IMG/VR virus record: IMGVR_UViG_3300042337_000070
Location: 1 to 64,000 of that record
Reading direction: 5' to 3' (one strand)
DNA: 64,000 nucleotides
From: a virus
Positions within the stretch are counted from its first letter, which is position 1. Every line of letters begins with the position of its first letter. Shown here in pieces: positions 33,642-44,147 of this stretch. The notes below the pieces were generated by a model that made no database searches, was not told where the DNA came from, and saw nothing but the letters and a program-made list of their open reading frames with translations. The position numbers and the translations under genes were made by a program.

Positions 33642-35840
33642 TTAATAATTTGTTCCGCCTGTGTTAAGAGTTGTGTCCGTTAAAGTACCTTTTGTCATTC
33701 GTGTGATACCTGTGTTATTTCTCGAATAGTAATCAGCTATTACGGTTGTATAACCCGCACGACCATCCATATTCTGTATGTTTCCTACGAAACCGTTGTT
33801 GTTGCCACCATACAGATAAACACAATTGAACATTTCTTGATTACTGGATCCTTTTGCACAAGCAGTATTTGTTATCGAAAAGTTTTTAACGCTTCCTGCC
33901 ACAATTCCATAATTTCCGCCAATAAAACTGTTATCATGTATATTAATTCCCATAGAAACACTATAAAAACCAGGATTTAGATAAAATGGCGGGCCTTGCA
34001 AAAAATCAATATAATTTTTAGCATCATAATTCCTTAATATAATACCAACAGTAAACAGGTTAAGACTGTTGGAATCAGACCAAGACACTGCTTGAAAATT
34101 TGCACATACGTTATCATGTATAAAGGTCATATAATAGTATCCTGTCGGATTAGTTATATCCATACATGAAGTTACACGAAAATTTTGATGTTTTGGATTT
34201 ATTGGTTCTACCTGTCCACCAGTAGGAACATTGTTAAAGATATTATCATGTATAAAAACCAAATATGTTCTATCTACCTTAACGCTTGTGGTCCAGGCGT
34301 TAGCATGACTATGAGCAAGAGTAAATAACATTCCTTGATCGTCACTAGGAGCATAGTTGTAACAAATATCACAATCGATCACAACAGAACTATCCACAAC
34401 AAACCCCTGGAATAGTTTACCAGTCAAATACATTCCTTGTTCAATATGCTCCATATTCATACCAGAGAAAATTCCCGTAGTAGTAACGCTGCCGTTTGTA
34501 CCTCTGAGAACTAGTCCTTTGATTCCTGTGCTTGTTGTATTTCTTCCAAGACCACCATATCCCCACGCACCGTTACACTTCGAGTCTTTGAACTGAAAAT
34601 AGTTCATGTTCTCAAAATTCCAGCATATTAGTGATCCCATGGCCTGTGTAACAGGTTGAACGTTTACGTTACTACCATAAAAATCAGGGTCGCTAGAAAG
34701 ATATCCAGAACCGTAAACAGGAGTAACAACGCTCAAAGCAGGATAGTTCATTATCAGTTTAAGAGGTACGATGTTAAAGTCTTTCAACACCGTTATGCCT
34801 TGTGGTTGCACCTTTGTAGTAGTATCTACACCATTTTTATAAACTGGTACTGCCATCAATACTTTAATGCCCGCAGGCGCAGTTTTTCCAGAAGAAAAAG
34901 TGATATTAAAAGTTGCACCTGAACCGCTTGACCCTCTTAGAGATGTGCCATGAGTCATCGGATTAGTTGGGGCAACAGTATATGCACCTCTATTCCAAAG
35001 TTCTGCGGCGCCGATTGGTCCTTTTGCCGGAGGGTCAATATAAACGCTAGGTGCAGCGGTGCATCCTGTTCCTGCGTATTCTAAAGTAATACTACTAACT
35101 GCGGTGGTAGTGGAATTGACCACCGCACGAGCTTTAATATTTTTACATCCGTTACTAGCAGCAACATAAACACCGGGAGGTTCAATAGAAGAATAACCGG
35201 ATCCTCCGTTCACTATAGTAAACCCAGATATACCTGGTTGTCCGGTGGTATAATTGGCAGTAGCAGTTGCATTGTTCGACAGTCTTGTAACATGAATTAC
35301 GCAACCCACATTGTCAGAAGTTAATGTTCCTCCTGCACAAGGCAATTCATCATTCATCGTGTAATTTGAACCGCCATTGACAACAGTTACAGTATTATCA
35401 GCACTTATTACGTTATTGGGAGGGTTCAATCTAAAGACACAACGGTTGCTGTTTCCATCCAACTTAAATCCAGTTGTAGAAACGTTGACTGTAATAACTC
35501 TAGTGATCGTATATACGTTGGTACATACTAATTGGCGGCCAGAATTAAGCCAGTTTTCAATAGCAGTCGAACTATCGGTACCAGTTCCATTTACAGAAGT
35601 ATCAGCAACAGCTCCATAATCTTCTGGTGATGCCAAGTTAGCAACTTTTGATGTTGGTATGTTCCAAATACCACCTGATGTGATTGTACCTAGATTGTAT
35701 TGACTACCTCCGATAACAACACCGAAAGCAGGAGGGTTTACTGTTTTATCAAGACCCCATGGTAGAGGACTATAAGCTCCTGCTTGAACTTGTGCTATTG
35801 AACTTAACAATAGCAGTAATGCAATTAATAATTTTTTCAT
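33642..35840 (-). CDS. Beta-helix (pectate-lyase-like) tailspike/depolymerase-like protein with signal peptide
   Basis: PEDYGAVAD..GTDSSTAI motif; VNGGSGY repeats; IHDN beta-helix repeats. Confidence 0.65.
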   Translation of the reverse strand: MKKLLIALLLLLSSIAQVQAGAYSPLPWGLDKTVNPPAFGVVIGGSQYNLGTITSGGIWNIPTSKVANLASPEDYGAVADTSVNGTGTDSSTAIENWLNSGRQLVCTNVYTITRVITVNVSTTGFKLDGNSNRCVFRLNPPNNVISADNTVTVVNGGSNYTMNDELPCAGGTLTSDNVGCVIHVTRLSNNATATANYTTGQPGISGFTIVNGGSGYSSIEPPGVYVAASNGCKNIKARAVVNSTTTAVSSITLEYAGTGCTAAPSVYIDPPAKGPIGAAELWNRGAYTVAPTNPMTHGTSLRGSSGSGATFNITFSSGKTAPAGIKVLMAVPVYKNGVDTTTKVQPQGITVLKDFNIVPLKLIMNYPALSVVTPVYGSGYLSSDPDFYGSNVNVQPVTQAMGSLICWNFENMNYFQFKDSKCNGAWGYGGLGRNTTSTGIKGLVLRGTNGSVTTTGIFSGMNMEHIEQGMYLTGKLFQGFVVDSSVVIDCDICYNYAPSDDQGMLFTLAHSHANAWTTSVKVDRTYLVFIHDNIFNNVPTGGQVEPINPKHQNFRVTSCMDITNPTGYYYMTFIHDNVCANFQAVSWSDSNSLNLFTVGIILRNYDAKNYIDFLQGPPFYLNPGFYSVSMGINIHDNSFIGGNYGIVAGSVKNFSITNTACAKGSSNQEMFNCVYLYGGNNNGFVGNIQNMDGRAGYTTVIADYYSRNNTGITRMTKGTLTDTTLNTGGTNY

Positions 35841-35851
35841 AGTTACCCCTT

Positions 35852-38800
35852 TTAATAACTATATATAGCGGTGACCACGTCACCAGGATTCACACTCCAA
35901 ACAGATGCGCCATTCCAAGTTATTGTCGTTCCCGACACTGAGAAAGGTGATGGCGAATCTGCCGGAGTGAAACACGTACCATTGACAATGAGCATGAACA
36001 TTTGTCCAGAATAGGTACTAGTCAAAGCAGGGAAAGTATTGATTACTGAAATTGTCATTGACTGCATTCTGATTCTGCTAACAAATGAATTGATGTTTCC
36101 TGAATGAATAAGAGTAGACGGGGATCCACAAGCAGATATATCAAGAGTAACACCACGGAACGGGGATGCTCCTTCGAATATACGAAGAGAGTTTGTGATA
36201 TTATCAATGATGATATTACCAGCCAACGTTGAGTTGGTGGCCTTTTCAACATAAAACTCACCACCTTCATTTGCATTGTCTTGCTTACGAACTGTGAAAC
36301 CTGAAGGAACACTTACTGTTCCTGCGAAAGTTGCAGAATTTAAATTCGATGCTCCTGCCGGATCTAGATAATATGCAGTGGTGATACTATCTACGAAAGA
36401 TGGTGCTCGGAAATCTGTAGAAGCGTGTCCGATACCAGAAATGTCTAGTCGATATGTTGCTCCAGGAACAGTTGTATCACCTTCTCCATAACCAGCACGA
36501 ATACTATGGGCAACGGTTAGTTTACCATCTGTAGAAAGAGACATGGCGCCCTGGGCACTAGTATGAACTTCATCACCCCACCAGAAACCTCTGGTGCTTG
36601 CATTGTTCATTTGGAAAGTCATAGCATAGTCATTAGCTATAGCACCAAATGTGAATGGAGAAGTCATACCAATAGTGTAAGAAGACGAGCTCCACACACG
36701 AACTTTATCTCTAGTGTTTACGTTCTGTCCACTTAATAGAGCATAATTAACCTGATTGACAATAGATGTGGCAGCAGGATCAATATAATATGCAGCATCA
36801 TCATTATCGTAATATCTTGATGCATATACATTAGGTGCGGTGATATTACCAACAGTGTTAAGAGTGCCACCTGCTGTCATACCATTGGTATTCAAGTTAA
36901 TGACAAGAGGCCACTGACCGTTTACTTGCGACCATGTTTCTGTATCACCTGTTCCTCTAAGAACATAGAATGTATTACCATTAACATGAATCATTGCAGA
37001 ATTGGATGATCCGTCATTATCACGCAAGTAGATTGTTGGTGATATGCCTCTTAGAACAAAATCATTTCCTGTCCAACGGACCGCAACGTCATCTGACTTA
37101 TAGAAGATAGGCGATCTACAAGAACCAGTAACAGTTGTATAACCTCCGGTACCACCTGCTAGAGTTAGTGTTACACCTGTGTCATTGTAAATTCCACCTC
37201 TTGCTTGTATTTGATTCTGGAAGTATGGTGTACCGCCAGATACATATAGACCATTTGGAATTGTGATATAGGATGATCCTGATGTAATAGTTGGATTAGC
37301 AGGTGATAGAGTTAAATTGCCAGGTATCGTAGTATTACCACTACCATCTAGTAGTGTTAATGTTCTAGTAACAGTAGCAAATGCCCCTGTGTATTGTCTG
37401 AAATAGATTGGTTCGGTTCCATTGTCGGCCGTCGCTATTTCTAACCATCCTGCGTCAGTAGCATCTGCTCCTATTCTAATTCTACAAGAATCATTATCTG
37501 CCATAAATCCAGAAACTAAATTAGTTCCGGTGGTTCCCGTTACTGTTGCTGTAACAGACCCGGCAGAACCAGTTGTGTTCTGATTAAGAGTTGGGAAGGT
37601 ACAGTTTGATAGGTTGCCACTTGTAGGTGTTCCTAGAATTGGTGTAACCAATGTAGGACTATTAGAAAGAACAACGCTACCAGAACCAGTGCTTGTTGAG
37701 ACACCGGTACCACCTCTTATGACTGCCAGTGTTCCTGCGTTCATATTTCCGACGTTTAGATAATATGAACCTTGTTGACCGTCAAGTAAGTCAGCATCTA
37801 GTCCTGATGCAGCACCATCGTTACCGGCATGCCAAATTTTATTCCATGCTGTAGTTCCTGAACCATTTGTTGCTCTATAATACAATGCATTAGAATCAAA
37901 GAAACTACCAGCGAACTGCATAGAGAAATAGTTTGAAAGATTACTATGTGTAGATGCTAGTAGATGATACCATGTGGATGTTGTTTCTGGCCATCCATTT
38001 GCAGTTGTAGCATATGCTGTTTCCCAGAAACCAGAATCTACTCTATTGTTAATAGTGTCATCATACGCAACACCAAATCCAGAAGCAGACTGAATAACAC
38101 GCCCTGTTAGAGTTCCTCCAGACAGTGGCAGATAGTTGGCTGATCCAGTTACACCTGTTACTCTACCATAAGCATCAACTGTGATTGCAGAGATACCAGA
38201 AGAATAAGTGGCCTGGCCGGCGCCGACAGTAGATAAAGCTAGTGTTAATGAACCTGTAGTGCCACCTCCAGTCAATCCTGTTCCAGCAGCGACACCAGTA
38301 GTTGCATAAGATCCAATACTTCCTGAATGAATATATGTTTGTGATGTATCTGTATAAAGTCTTCCTCCATACACATAAACATTCTTACCATTCTCAACTA
38401 GACGTAAATGATCGTTGTAGTTGGTACGCATCCAAAAGTTAGATGATCCTGTATCCCAAACACCCCACTGGCCGCCTGTTCCAACGTCGAATGATGATTC
38501 ACCAGAAATACCAATATTGATATTATTGTTCCATGTGATATTACCACTCCACACCTGTCCGGCTAATGTTAGTGTTCCGGTCATTGTTCCACCGGATAGT
38601 GGTAGATATCCGGATCCAGTTGTATAACCGGCAGATCCTGTTACAGATGTTACACGACCATAAGTATCAACTGTAATGGAGGAGATACCACCGGTTCTTG
38701 GGTTTGTGTCAGCAATAACGCCAGAAGCAAGATCAATAACAGGTGTTGTTCCACCGGTTGATGTTATTCTTCCTGATGAACCTGTAACTGTGGCAACTTT

Positions 38801-41800
38801 TGTATCAGCACGGCTGTTGGCACTATTTGCCATAACTCCTGCATAGTTATTTGCTGCTGTGGTAGATGTGTTAGTATATGCTCTAGAGGTTACTAGATTA
38901 GATGCTACAATCGATTCGGCATATCCATTGGCAGAGTTAGCCATAAATCCTGCACGGTTATTTGCTGCTGTGGTTGATGTATCAGTATATGATCTAGCTG
39001 TAGTCAAATTAGCTGCTACAATCGTGCTTGCTATACTATTAGATGCATTTGCCATAACTCCTGCATAGTTATTGGCTGCTGTGGTAGATGTGTTAGTGTA
39101 TGCTCTTGATGTAACAAGATTGGATGCTACAATCGATTCGGCATATCCATTGGCACTATTGGACATAAAACCAGAATAGTTATTGGCTGCTGTGGTGGAT
39201 GTATTGGTATAATCTCTGGATATTACTAAGTTGGATGCTACAATAGATGCGGCAATACCATTAGCAGAATTTGCCATCACACCAGCATAGTTATTAGATG
39301 CCGCAGTAGATGTGTTAGTATATGCTCTAGAGGTTACTAAGTTAGCAGCAACAATGGATGCGGCAATACCATTAGCAGCATTTGCCATCACACCAGCATA
39401 TCCATTGGCAGAGTTAGCCATAGCACCGGCATAGTTATTTGCAGCCGTCAAGTCTGGGCTTAGTGATGAAGCATAGGCATTAGCAGAATTTGCCATAACA
39501 CCCGCATAGTTATTTGCGGATATACCTACTGTTGCTGCATAAGCATTAGCAGCATTTGCCATTACACCGGCATAATTGTTTGCTGATATTACACTTGCAC
39601 CCCCTCCAAGAGAAAGAGCATAGGCATTAGCAGCATTTGCCATGGCACCAGCATAGTTGTTGGCTGATGTTAGTCCTGTTGCTAACGTTGTTTGAGTAGC
39701 AAATGTAGCAGATACCCAGGAATTACCTGAGTTAGCCATAAATCCGGAATAGTTGTTAGCTGATGTTAGTCCTGTTGATACCAAAGACTGTGTAGCATAT
39801 GTAGCGGCCGCATAACCATTGGATGAGTTAGCCATAACACCTGCATAGTTATTTGCAGAAGTGGCGTTGAAAGCAACAGTAGTGATTGTAGCAAATGTGG
39901 CAGACGCCCAAGAATTACCTGAGTTAGCCATAAATCCAGAATAGTTGTTGGCTGCTATTACCGATGTATTAACGTATCCTCTAACACCAGAGTCGGCAGT
40001 AGCAAATGCACCATTAACAGAATTTGCCATTACACCAGCATAGTTATTGGATGCTATTACCGAGACGTTAGTGTATTCTCTAGCAATAACTAGATTGGCA
40101 GCCACTATAGTAGCAGCAATACCGTTGGCACTATTAGCCATAAATCCAGAATAGTTATTTGCTGCTTCGGTAGATGTGTTAACATACAATCTTGCGGCCG
40201 CAACCGTGGATTCTATATTAGCATTAGCAGCATTTGCCATTACACCGGCATAATTGTTCGCTGCTACTGTAGCACTATTGGTGTATGCTCTAGCAGTTAT
40301 TAAGTTGGCTGCAACAATAGATGCGGCGATGGCGTTTGCACTATTCGCCATGAAACCTGCACGATTATTGGCCGCCGCCGTAGATGTATTAGTATATTCT
40401 CTAGAAATAACTAAATTAGCTGCTACAATCGATTCAGCATATCCGTTGCTACTGTTAGACATAACACCGGCATATACGTTAGCAGATATAGTAGCACTAT
40501 TGGTGTATGCTCTAGAGGTTACTAGATTAGATGCTACAATCGATTCAGCATATCCATTAGCACTATTCACCATTACACCTGCACGGTTATTAGCAGATAT
40601 AGTAGCACTATTAGTATATGCTCTAGCAGTTGTTAGGTTTGATGCTACAATGGATTCAGCATATCCATTGGCAGAGTTAGCCATCACACCAGCATATCCG
40701 TTGCTGCTATTGGCCATAACACCAGCATATGCGTTTGCAGAAATTTCTAAAGTGTTTGCTTTTTCAAATGCTGCAATCGTTTTGATATCTGTGTTAAAAG
40801 CAAATACGTTCGCTGAGTTTGCTTTGTTAAAGGCAGCGTTAGTTACGTCATATACAGCATTGATGAGACTCAAATTGTTTTGTAGATTGGCGATGTTTGC
40901 TGATGAGTTACCGCTTAGAATCTGAACCAATGAATAAGCATCATTTGCTTTATCAAATGCCGCTTCGGTAAATGTTATGGTTGAATATGTCGCAACAGTA
41001 TATGAGTTTACTGCATTAGACATAAATCCGGAGTATGCATTTGCCGCTACTGTAGATGTATTAACATACTGTCTTAGAGTTGTTATTGATGATGTTAAAC
41101 TAACATTCACAGCATTAGCCATAGCACCGGCATAGTTATTGGCTGCCACTGTAGCACTATTAGTATATGCTCTGGCAGTTGTTAGATTAGATGCAACAAT
41201 GGACTCGGTATACAAGTTACCGCTATTAGCCATGAAACCAGCATAGTTATTCGCTGATATGGTAGCACTATTGGTGTATGCTCTAGCAGTTATTAAGTTG
41301 GCTGCAACAATAGATGAAGCAAATCCATTAGCAGCATTTGCCATGGCACCAGCATAGTTATTGGCTGCTATACCTGTTTCATGAGCAAGAGAATTTGCTG
41401 CATTGGCTTTTGCAAATGCTGCTGTTGTGTTAGTAGCGGTACCAGCGTAGAATGCCAAATCATAAGCACTGGCTGCTAATGTGTATCCTGAGTTGGCTTT
41501 ATCAAATGCGGCATTTGCCGTATTAAATACAGGTGAAAAATCGACAGAGATAACAACATTATTTGCTTTGTTAAAGGCGGCGTTAGCAATGACACCGGCG
41601 GCATTTGCACTGTTATGAACATTATTAGAAGAGTTGAAAGAAGCAACTGCTAAATCATAAGCAACATTCGCTTTTGAAAAAGATGCAGTTATGATTGTCG
41701 TTAACCCATTAGCAAATCCGAATGATGCGTTAGCAACACCAAAAGATGCATTAGTAACAGTGTATGAGGAGTTAGTAACTGTATAGACTACGTTTACTAC

Positions 41801-42103
41801 GTCATATACAGCATTCGTATTGTTTGCTGCCGAATTAGCCACAAGATATGCAGCATTTGCTTTGTTAAACGGTGCTGATATATCAACGATAGCATTTGCA
41901 ACAGAGATAGCAGGTGCAGTTAGTGTTCCTGCCGCATCGACACTGAATATGGTATTACCATTGACCATAAGTTTGAAAACTTTTGAGGCCGGGTCATAAT
42001 TTGTAGCGGTGACACTCAAACCTAATCCAGTGTAAACTCTAGTATCTTCGGTCCATGTTGAAGTTAGATTAGCAATACTTACGTTGCTTATGACATTACT
42101 CAT
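35852..42103 (-). CDS. Long tail fibre protein
   Basis: 2083 aa; YLPLSGGT, TVDAYGRVT, GLDADLLDG, YYIDPA fibre motifs. Confidence 0.85.
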   Translation of the reverse strand: MSNVISNVSIANLTSTWTEDTRVYTGLGLSVTATNYDPASKVFKLMVNGNTIFSVDAAGTLTAPAISVANAIVDISAPFNKANAAYLVANSAANNTNAVYDVVNVVYTVTNSSYTVTNASFGVANASFGFANGLTTIITASFSKANVAYDLAVASFNSSNNVHNSANAAGVIANAAFNKANNVVISVDFSPVFNTANAAFDKANSGYTLAASAYDLAFYAGTATNTTAAFAKANAANSLAHETGIAANNYAGAMANAANGFASSIVAANLITARAYTNSATISANNYAGFMANSGNLYTESIVASNLTTARAYTNSATVAANNYAGAMANAVNVSLTSSITTLRQYVNTSTVAANAYSGFMSNAVNSYTVATYSTITFTEAAFDKANDAYSLVQILSGNSSANIANLQNNLSLINAVYDVTNAAFNKANSANVFAFNTDIKTIAAFEKANTLEISANAYAGVMANSSNGYAGVMANSANGYAESIVASNLTTARAYTNSATISANNRAGVMVNSANGYAESIVASNLVTSRAYTNSATISANVYAGVMSNSSNGYAESIVAANLVISREYTNTSTAAANNRAGFMANSANAIAASIVAANLITARAYTNSATVAANNYAGVMANAANANIESTVAAARLYVNTSTEAANNYSGFMANSANGIAATIVAANLVIAREYTNVSVIASNNYAGVMANSVNGAFATADSGVRGYVNTSVIAANNYSGFMANSGNSWASATFATITTVAFNATSANNYAGVMANSSNGYAAATYATQSLVSTGLTSANNYSGFMANSGNSWVSATFATQTTLATGLTSANNYAGAMANAANAYALSLGGGASVISANNYAGVMANAANAYAATVGISANNYAGVMANSANAYASSLSPDLTAANNYAGAMANSANGYAGVMANAANGIAASIVAANLVTSRAYTNTSTAASNNYAGVMANSANGIAASIVASNLVISRDYTNTSTTAANNYSGFMSNSANGYAESIVASNLVTSRAYTNTSTTAANNYAGVMANASNSIASTIVAANLTTARSYTDTSTTAANNRAGFMANSANGYAESIVASNLVTSRAYTNTSTTAANNYAGVMANSANSRADTKVATVTGSSGRITSTGGTTPVIDLASGVIADTNPRTGGISSITVDTYGRVTSVTGSAGYTTGSGYLPLSGGTMTGTLTLAGQVWSGNITWNNNINIGISGESSFDVGTGGQWGVWDTGSSNFWMRTNYNDHLRLVENGKNVYVYGGRLYTDTSQTYIHSGSIGSYATTGVAAGTGLTGGGTTGSLTLALSTVGAGQATYSSGISAITVDAYGRVTGVTGSANYLPLSGGTLTGRVIQSASGFGVAYDDTINNRVDSGFWETAYATTANGWPETTSTWYHLLASTHSNLSNYFSMQFAGSFFDSNALYYRATNGSGTTAWNKIWHAGNDGAASGLDADLLDGQQGSYYLNVGNMNAGTLAVIRGGTGVSTSTGSGSVVLSNSPTLVTPILGTPTSGNLSNCTFPTLNQNTTGSAGSVTATVTGTTGTNLVSGFMADNDSCRIRIGADATDAGWLEIATADNGTEPIYFRQYTGAFATVTRTLTLLDGSGNTTIPGNLTLSPANPTITSGSSYITIPNGLYVSGGTPYFQNQIQARGGIYNDTGVTLTLAGGTGGYTTVTGSCRSPIFYKSDDVAVRWTGNDFVLRGISPTIYLRDNDGSSNSAMIHVNGNTFYVLRGTGDTETWSQVNGQWPLVINLNTNGMTAGGTLNTVGNITAPNVYASRYYDNDDAAYYIDPAATSIVNQVNYALLSGQNVNTRDKVRVWSSSSYTIGMTSPFTFGAIANDYAMTFQMNNASTRGFWWGDEVHTSAQGAMSLSTDGKLTVAHSIRAGYGEGDTTVPGATYRLDISGIGHASTDFRAPSFVDSITTAYYLDPAGASNLNSATFAGTVSVPSGFTVRKQDNANEGGEFYVEKATNSTLAGNIIIDNITNSLRIFEGASPFRGVTLDISACGSPSTLIHSGNINSFVSRIRMQSMTISVINTFPALTSTYSGQMFMLIVNGTCFTPADSPSPFSVSGTTITWNGASVWSVNPGDVVTAIYSY
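38800..41400 (-). repeat. Degenerate intragenic repeats (37-aa/111-bp unit with 11-aa sub-units)
   Basis: About 20 or more copies of ANNYAG(V/F/A)MAN. Confidence 0.9.
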
Positions 42104-42741
42104 AGCGTTACTCTATCTCCTGATTCTTCAACAACAGGATTACCATTTTCGTCGTAAACATAAATCAAGTTTGATGGATCTAAGGTTGTTGTGTAATTGG
42201 ACATAATAAATTTATTGTTTGATGTCTGACCAGTCAATACTTGTCCAGACAGGGATCCTAAACCAGCACCTTGTATATTCTTTAAAATAAGAAGACCGTT
42301 GTTTCCACCTACGTTTGTGAAGTTGTGAATCTGTCCTACAACCTGGCCAGCTACACTTACAATCTCACCTATGCTCAGATTACCAAAACCTTGTAGAATA
42401 GAACCCAGGCCGCCACCAAAACCACCGAGCATTCCATATGCCTGGACTTTAGTTGCGCCTGTCATTGGTGTGGGAAAATTTTGAACGTGGGGAATCATAC
42501 CCATAACGTCGGGCGCAGACTGATCAATCATAGCGACGATCATAGGAATGCCTTGCACCATAATCTGTTTGCCTGCCATACCGGAAGCAACAGAAACCAA
42601 TTGACCAAGCATGTTGTGACTATTAACGTCACCTTGAACAGCGGCCAATTGGTTTTCTATCATAACTTTTGTATTTAAACCAGTGCCTACAGTTACAGCA
42701 CCGCAGGCTCTTTTATCTCCTACCCTATGAGGTGGTGCCAT
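42100..42741 (-). CDS. PAAR-like spike protein with C-terminal extension
   Basis: HRVGDKRACGA...V.IEN..AAVQGD. Confidence 0.65.
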   Translation of the reverse strand: MAPPHRVGDKRACGAVTVGTGLNTKVMIENQLAAVQGDVNSHNMLGQLVSVASGMAGKQIMVQGIPMIVAMIDQSAPDVMGMIPHVQNFPTPMTGATKVQAYGMLGGFGGGLGSILQGFGNLSIGEIVSVAGQVVGQIHNFTNVGGNNGLLILKNIQGAGLGSLSGQVLTGQTSNNKFIMSNYTTTLDPSNLIYVYDENGNPVVEESGDRVTL

Positions 42742-43345
42742 TCTTTTTCGGTCTTCCTCTTCCTCGCTTTGGAGGTTCTTGTTTTACAAAATCTGGAATT
42801 TTAGGTTCTGTAATATTTAGGGTGATAGTTCCGTCTACTATTTCAGACACTCCAGTAGAACCCATACCACCGATACGACTTGTCTTAGGCAGAGGTCGCC
42901 ATACAGTCTCATTGATTTCATACTCGGCATCTTTGATTAGTTCTGCCTGAGCAATTCGATCACCATTGGTGATCTTGATAGCATTATCTGAAATATTCCA
43001 GATAAGCACCATCAGTTCTTCAACATAATCCGAATCGATAACACCCTCGGCGTTAGCGAGAACAAGACCCTGCTTTAATGATAGTCCTGACCGTGCATGA
43101 ACACGAACTGAATAACCCTGGGGAATGTCCATGATTAGACCTGTTGGAACCATGATACGATCACCAGGCTGAATAACAATCATACCATTCAGAGGACGAG
43201 TAAATGATTTATTCATACGAGAGAAACCTTTATATTCTCTCTTACCATGAGACTGAAACTGTAAATCAAAGCAAGCTGAACCTACGGTTGCTTTTCTAGG
43301 AACTTGATTTGCAGGATGTGTTTTCCAAACTTTCAATGTTGTCAT
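42725..43345 (-). CDS. dut: dUTPase
   Basis: ACFDL, RSGLS, GVIDSDY, DRIAQ, RIGGMGSTG. Confidence 0.95.
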   Translation of the reverse strand: MTTLKVWKTHPANQVPRKATVGSACFDLQFQSHGKREYKGFSRMNKSFTRPLNGMIVIQPGDRIMVPTGLIMDIPQGYSVRVHARSGLSLKQGLVLANAEGVIDSDYVEELMVLIWNISDNAIKITNGDRIAQAELIKDAEYEINETVWRPLPKTSRIGGMGSTGVSEIVDGTITLNITEPKIPDFVKQEPPKRGRGRPKKNGTTS

Positions 43346-43360
43346 AACAAACTCACTTTC

Positions 43361-43783
43361 TTAATCGTCTTCTGTGTGTCTCTTCTTGCCTAGTGAATAC
43401 TTAGCAACCAAGTTCCACTCTGGTTTTTCTGTATATGAAATGATCTTGATTCTGTTTAGAGGAGTTAATGGTTCGTTACTCTTGTTTGAATCGACTAGAG
43501 TAACAAGTTCCCATTCTGCTAATAGATTAGCAATTGTGTTTCTACGTCCACGATCTTCTTCTGAGAAGTCTGTTGCTTTACCATCAAGCATGAACATCTC
43601 TTTGAAGTGAACAAGATAATAACGACCTTGCTTATGTAATATATGACAAGACTGATATAGTGTTTTATCTTTCTTAGATGCAACACCGATTCTCGTTAAT
43701 GTCTCTTTCACTTTTAAGAAGGCTTGAGGATCAGGAAGTTTTACTTCCACGAAGTCTTCTAGGTTTGCTGTCATTTGTGCCAC
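43361..43783 (-). CDS. regA: Translational repressor RegA
   Basis: FLKVKETLTRIGVAS, LYQSCHILHKQG.YY.VHFKE. Confidence 0.95.
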   Translation of the reverse strand: MAQMTANLEDFVEVKLPDPQAFLKVKETLTRIGVASKKDKTLYQSCHILHKQGRYYLVHFKEMFMLDGKATDFSEEDRGRRNTIANLLAEWELVTLVDSNKSNEPLTPLNRIKIISYTEKPEWNLVAKYSLGKKRHTEDD

Positions 43784-44147
43784 CTTTATCTAATCTTTTT
43801 CTTATTTCTTCCAACTGGGTAGCAGTCAACAAAACCAAAGCCTCTTTTGCCTTTTCGTTAGAGTATTTGTAATACTCTTTCACAGCATCCAGGTTTTCAA
43901 TGGTTTCACGCTTCTCCCATTTTCTAAAAGGGCGTTTATAGCCTCTGATGCTATTTAGTAGATAATGGTATTGCATGGTACCAGGTAGATTAGGAAACCT
44001 ATTCATTTCATTAGCTTGCAAAATGCAATCATAGTGAAACGAGATTGCCCGGTTCACTATGAAAGCATTATACTGTTTGTCCTCCTCCAGCACAGGAGTT
44101 TTGTGCTGGAGGATGCTTGGTATTATATCTTTAAAAAGATCAACCAT
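43731..44147 (-). CDS. 62: Clamp loader small subunit (gp62)
   Basis: ANEMN, YYKYSNEKA, KGG; synteny with regA. Confidence 0.9.
   Translation of the reverse strand: MVDLFKDIIPSILQHKTPVLEEDKQYNAFIVNRAISFHYDCILQANEMNRFPNLPGTMQYHYLLNSIRGYKRPFRKWEKRETIENLDAVKEYYKYSNEKAKEALVLLTATQLEEIRKRLDKGGTNDSKPRRLRGSKTS

Noticed and set aside
40254-40925. Plus-strand 223-aa hydrophobic ORF
   Set aside because: Antisense shadow of the tail-fibre repeats
38800-41400. CRISPR array or diversity-generating retroelement
   Set aside because: Repeats are degenerate and codon-phased inside a CDS; no spacers, cas genes or reverse transcriptase
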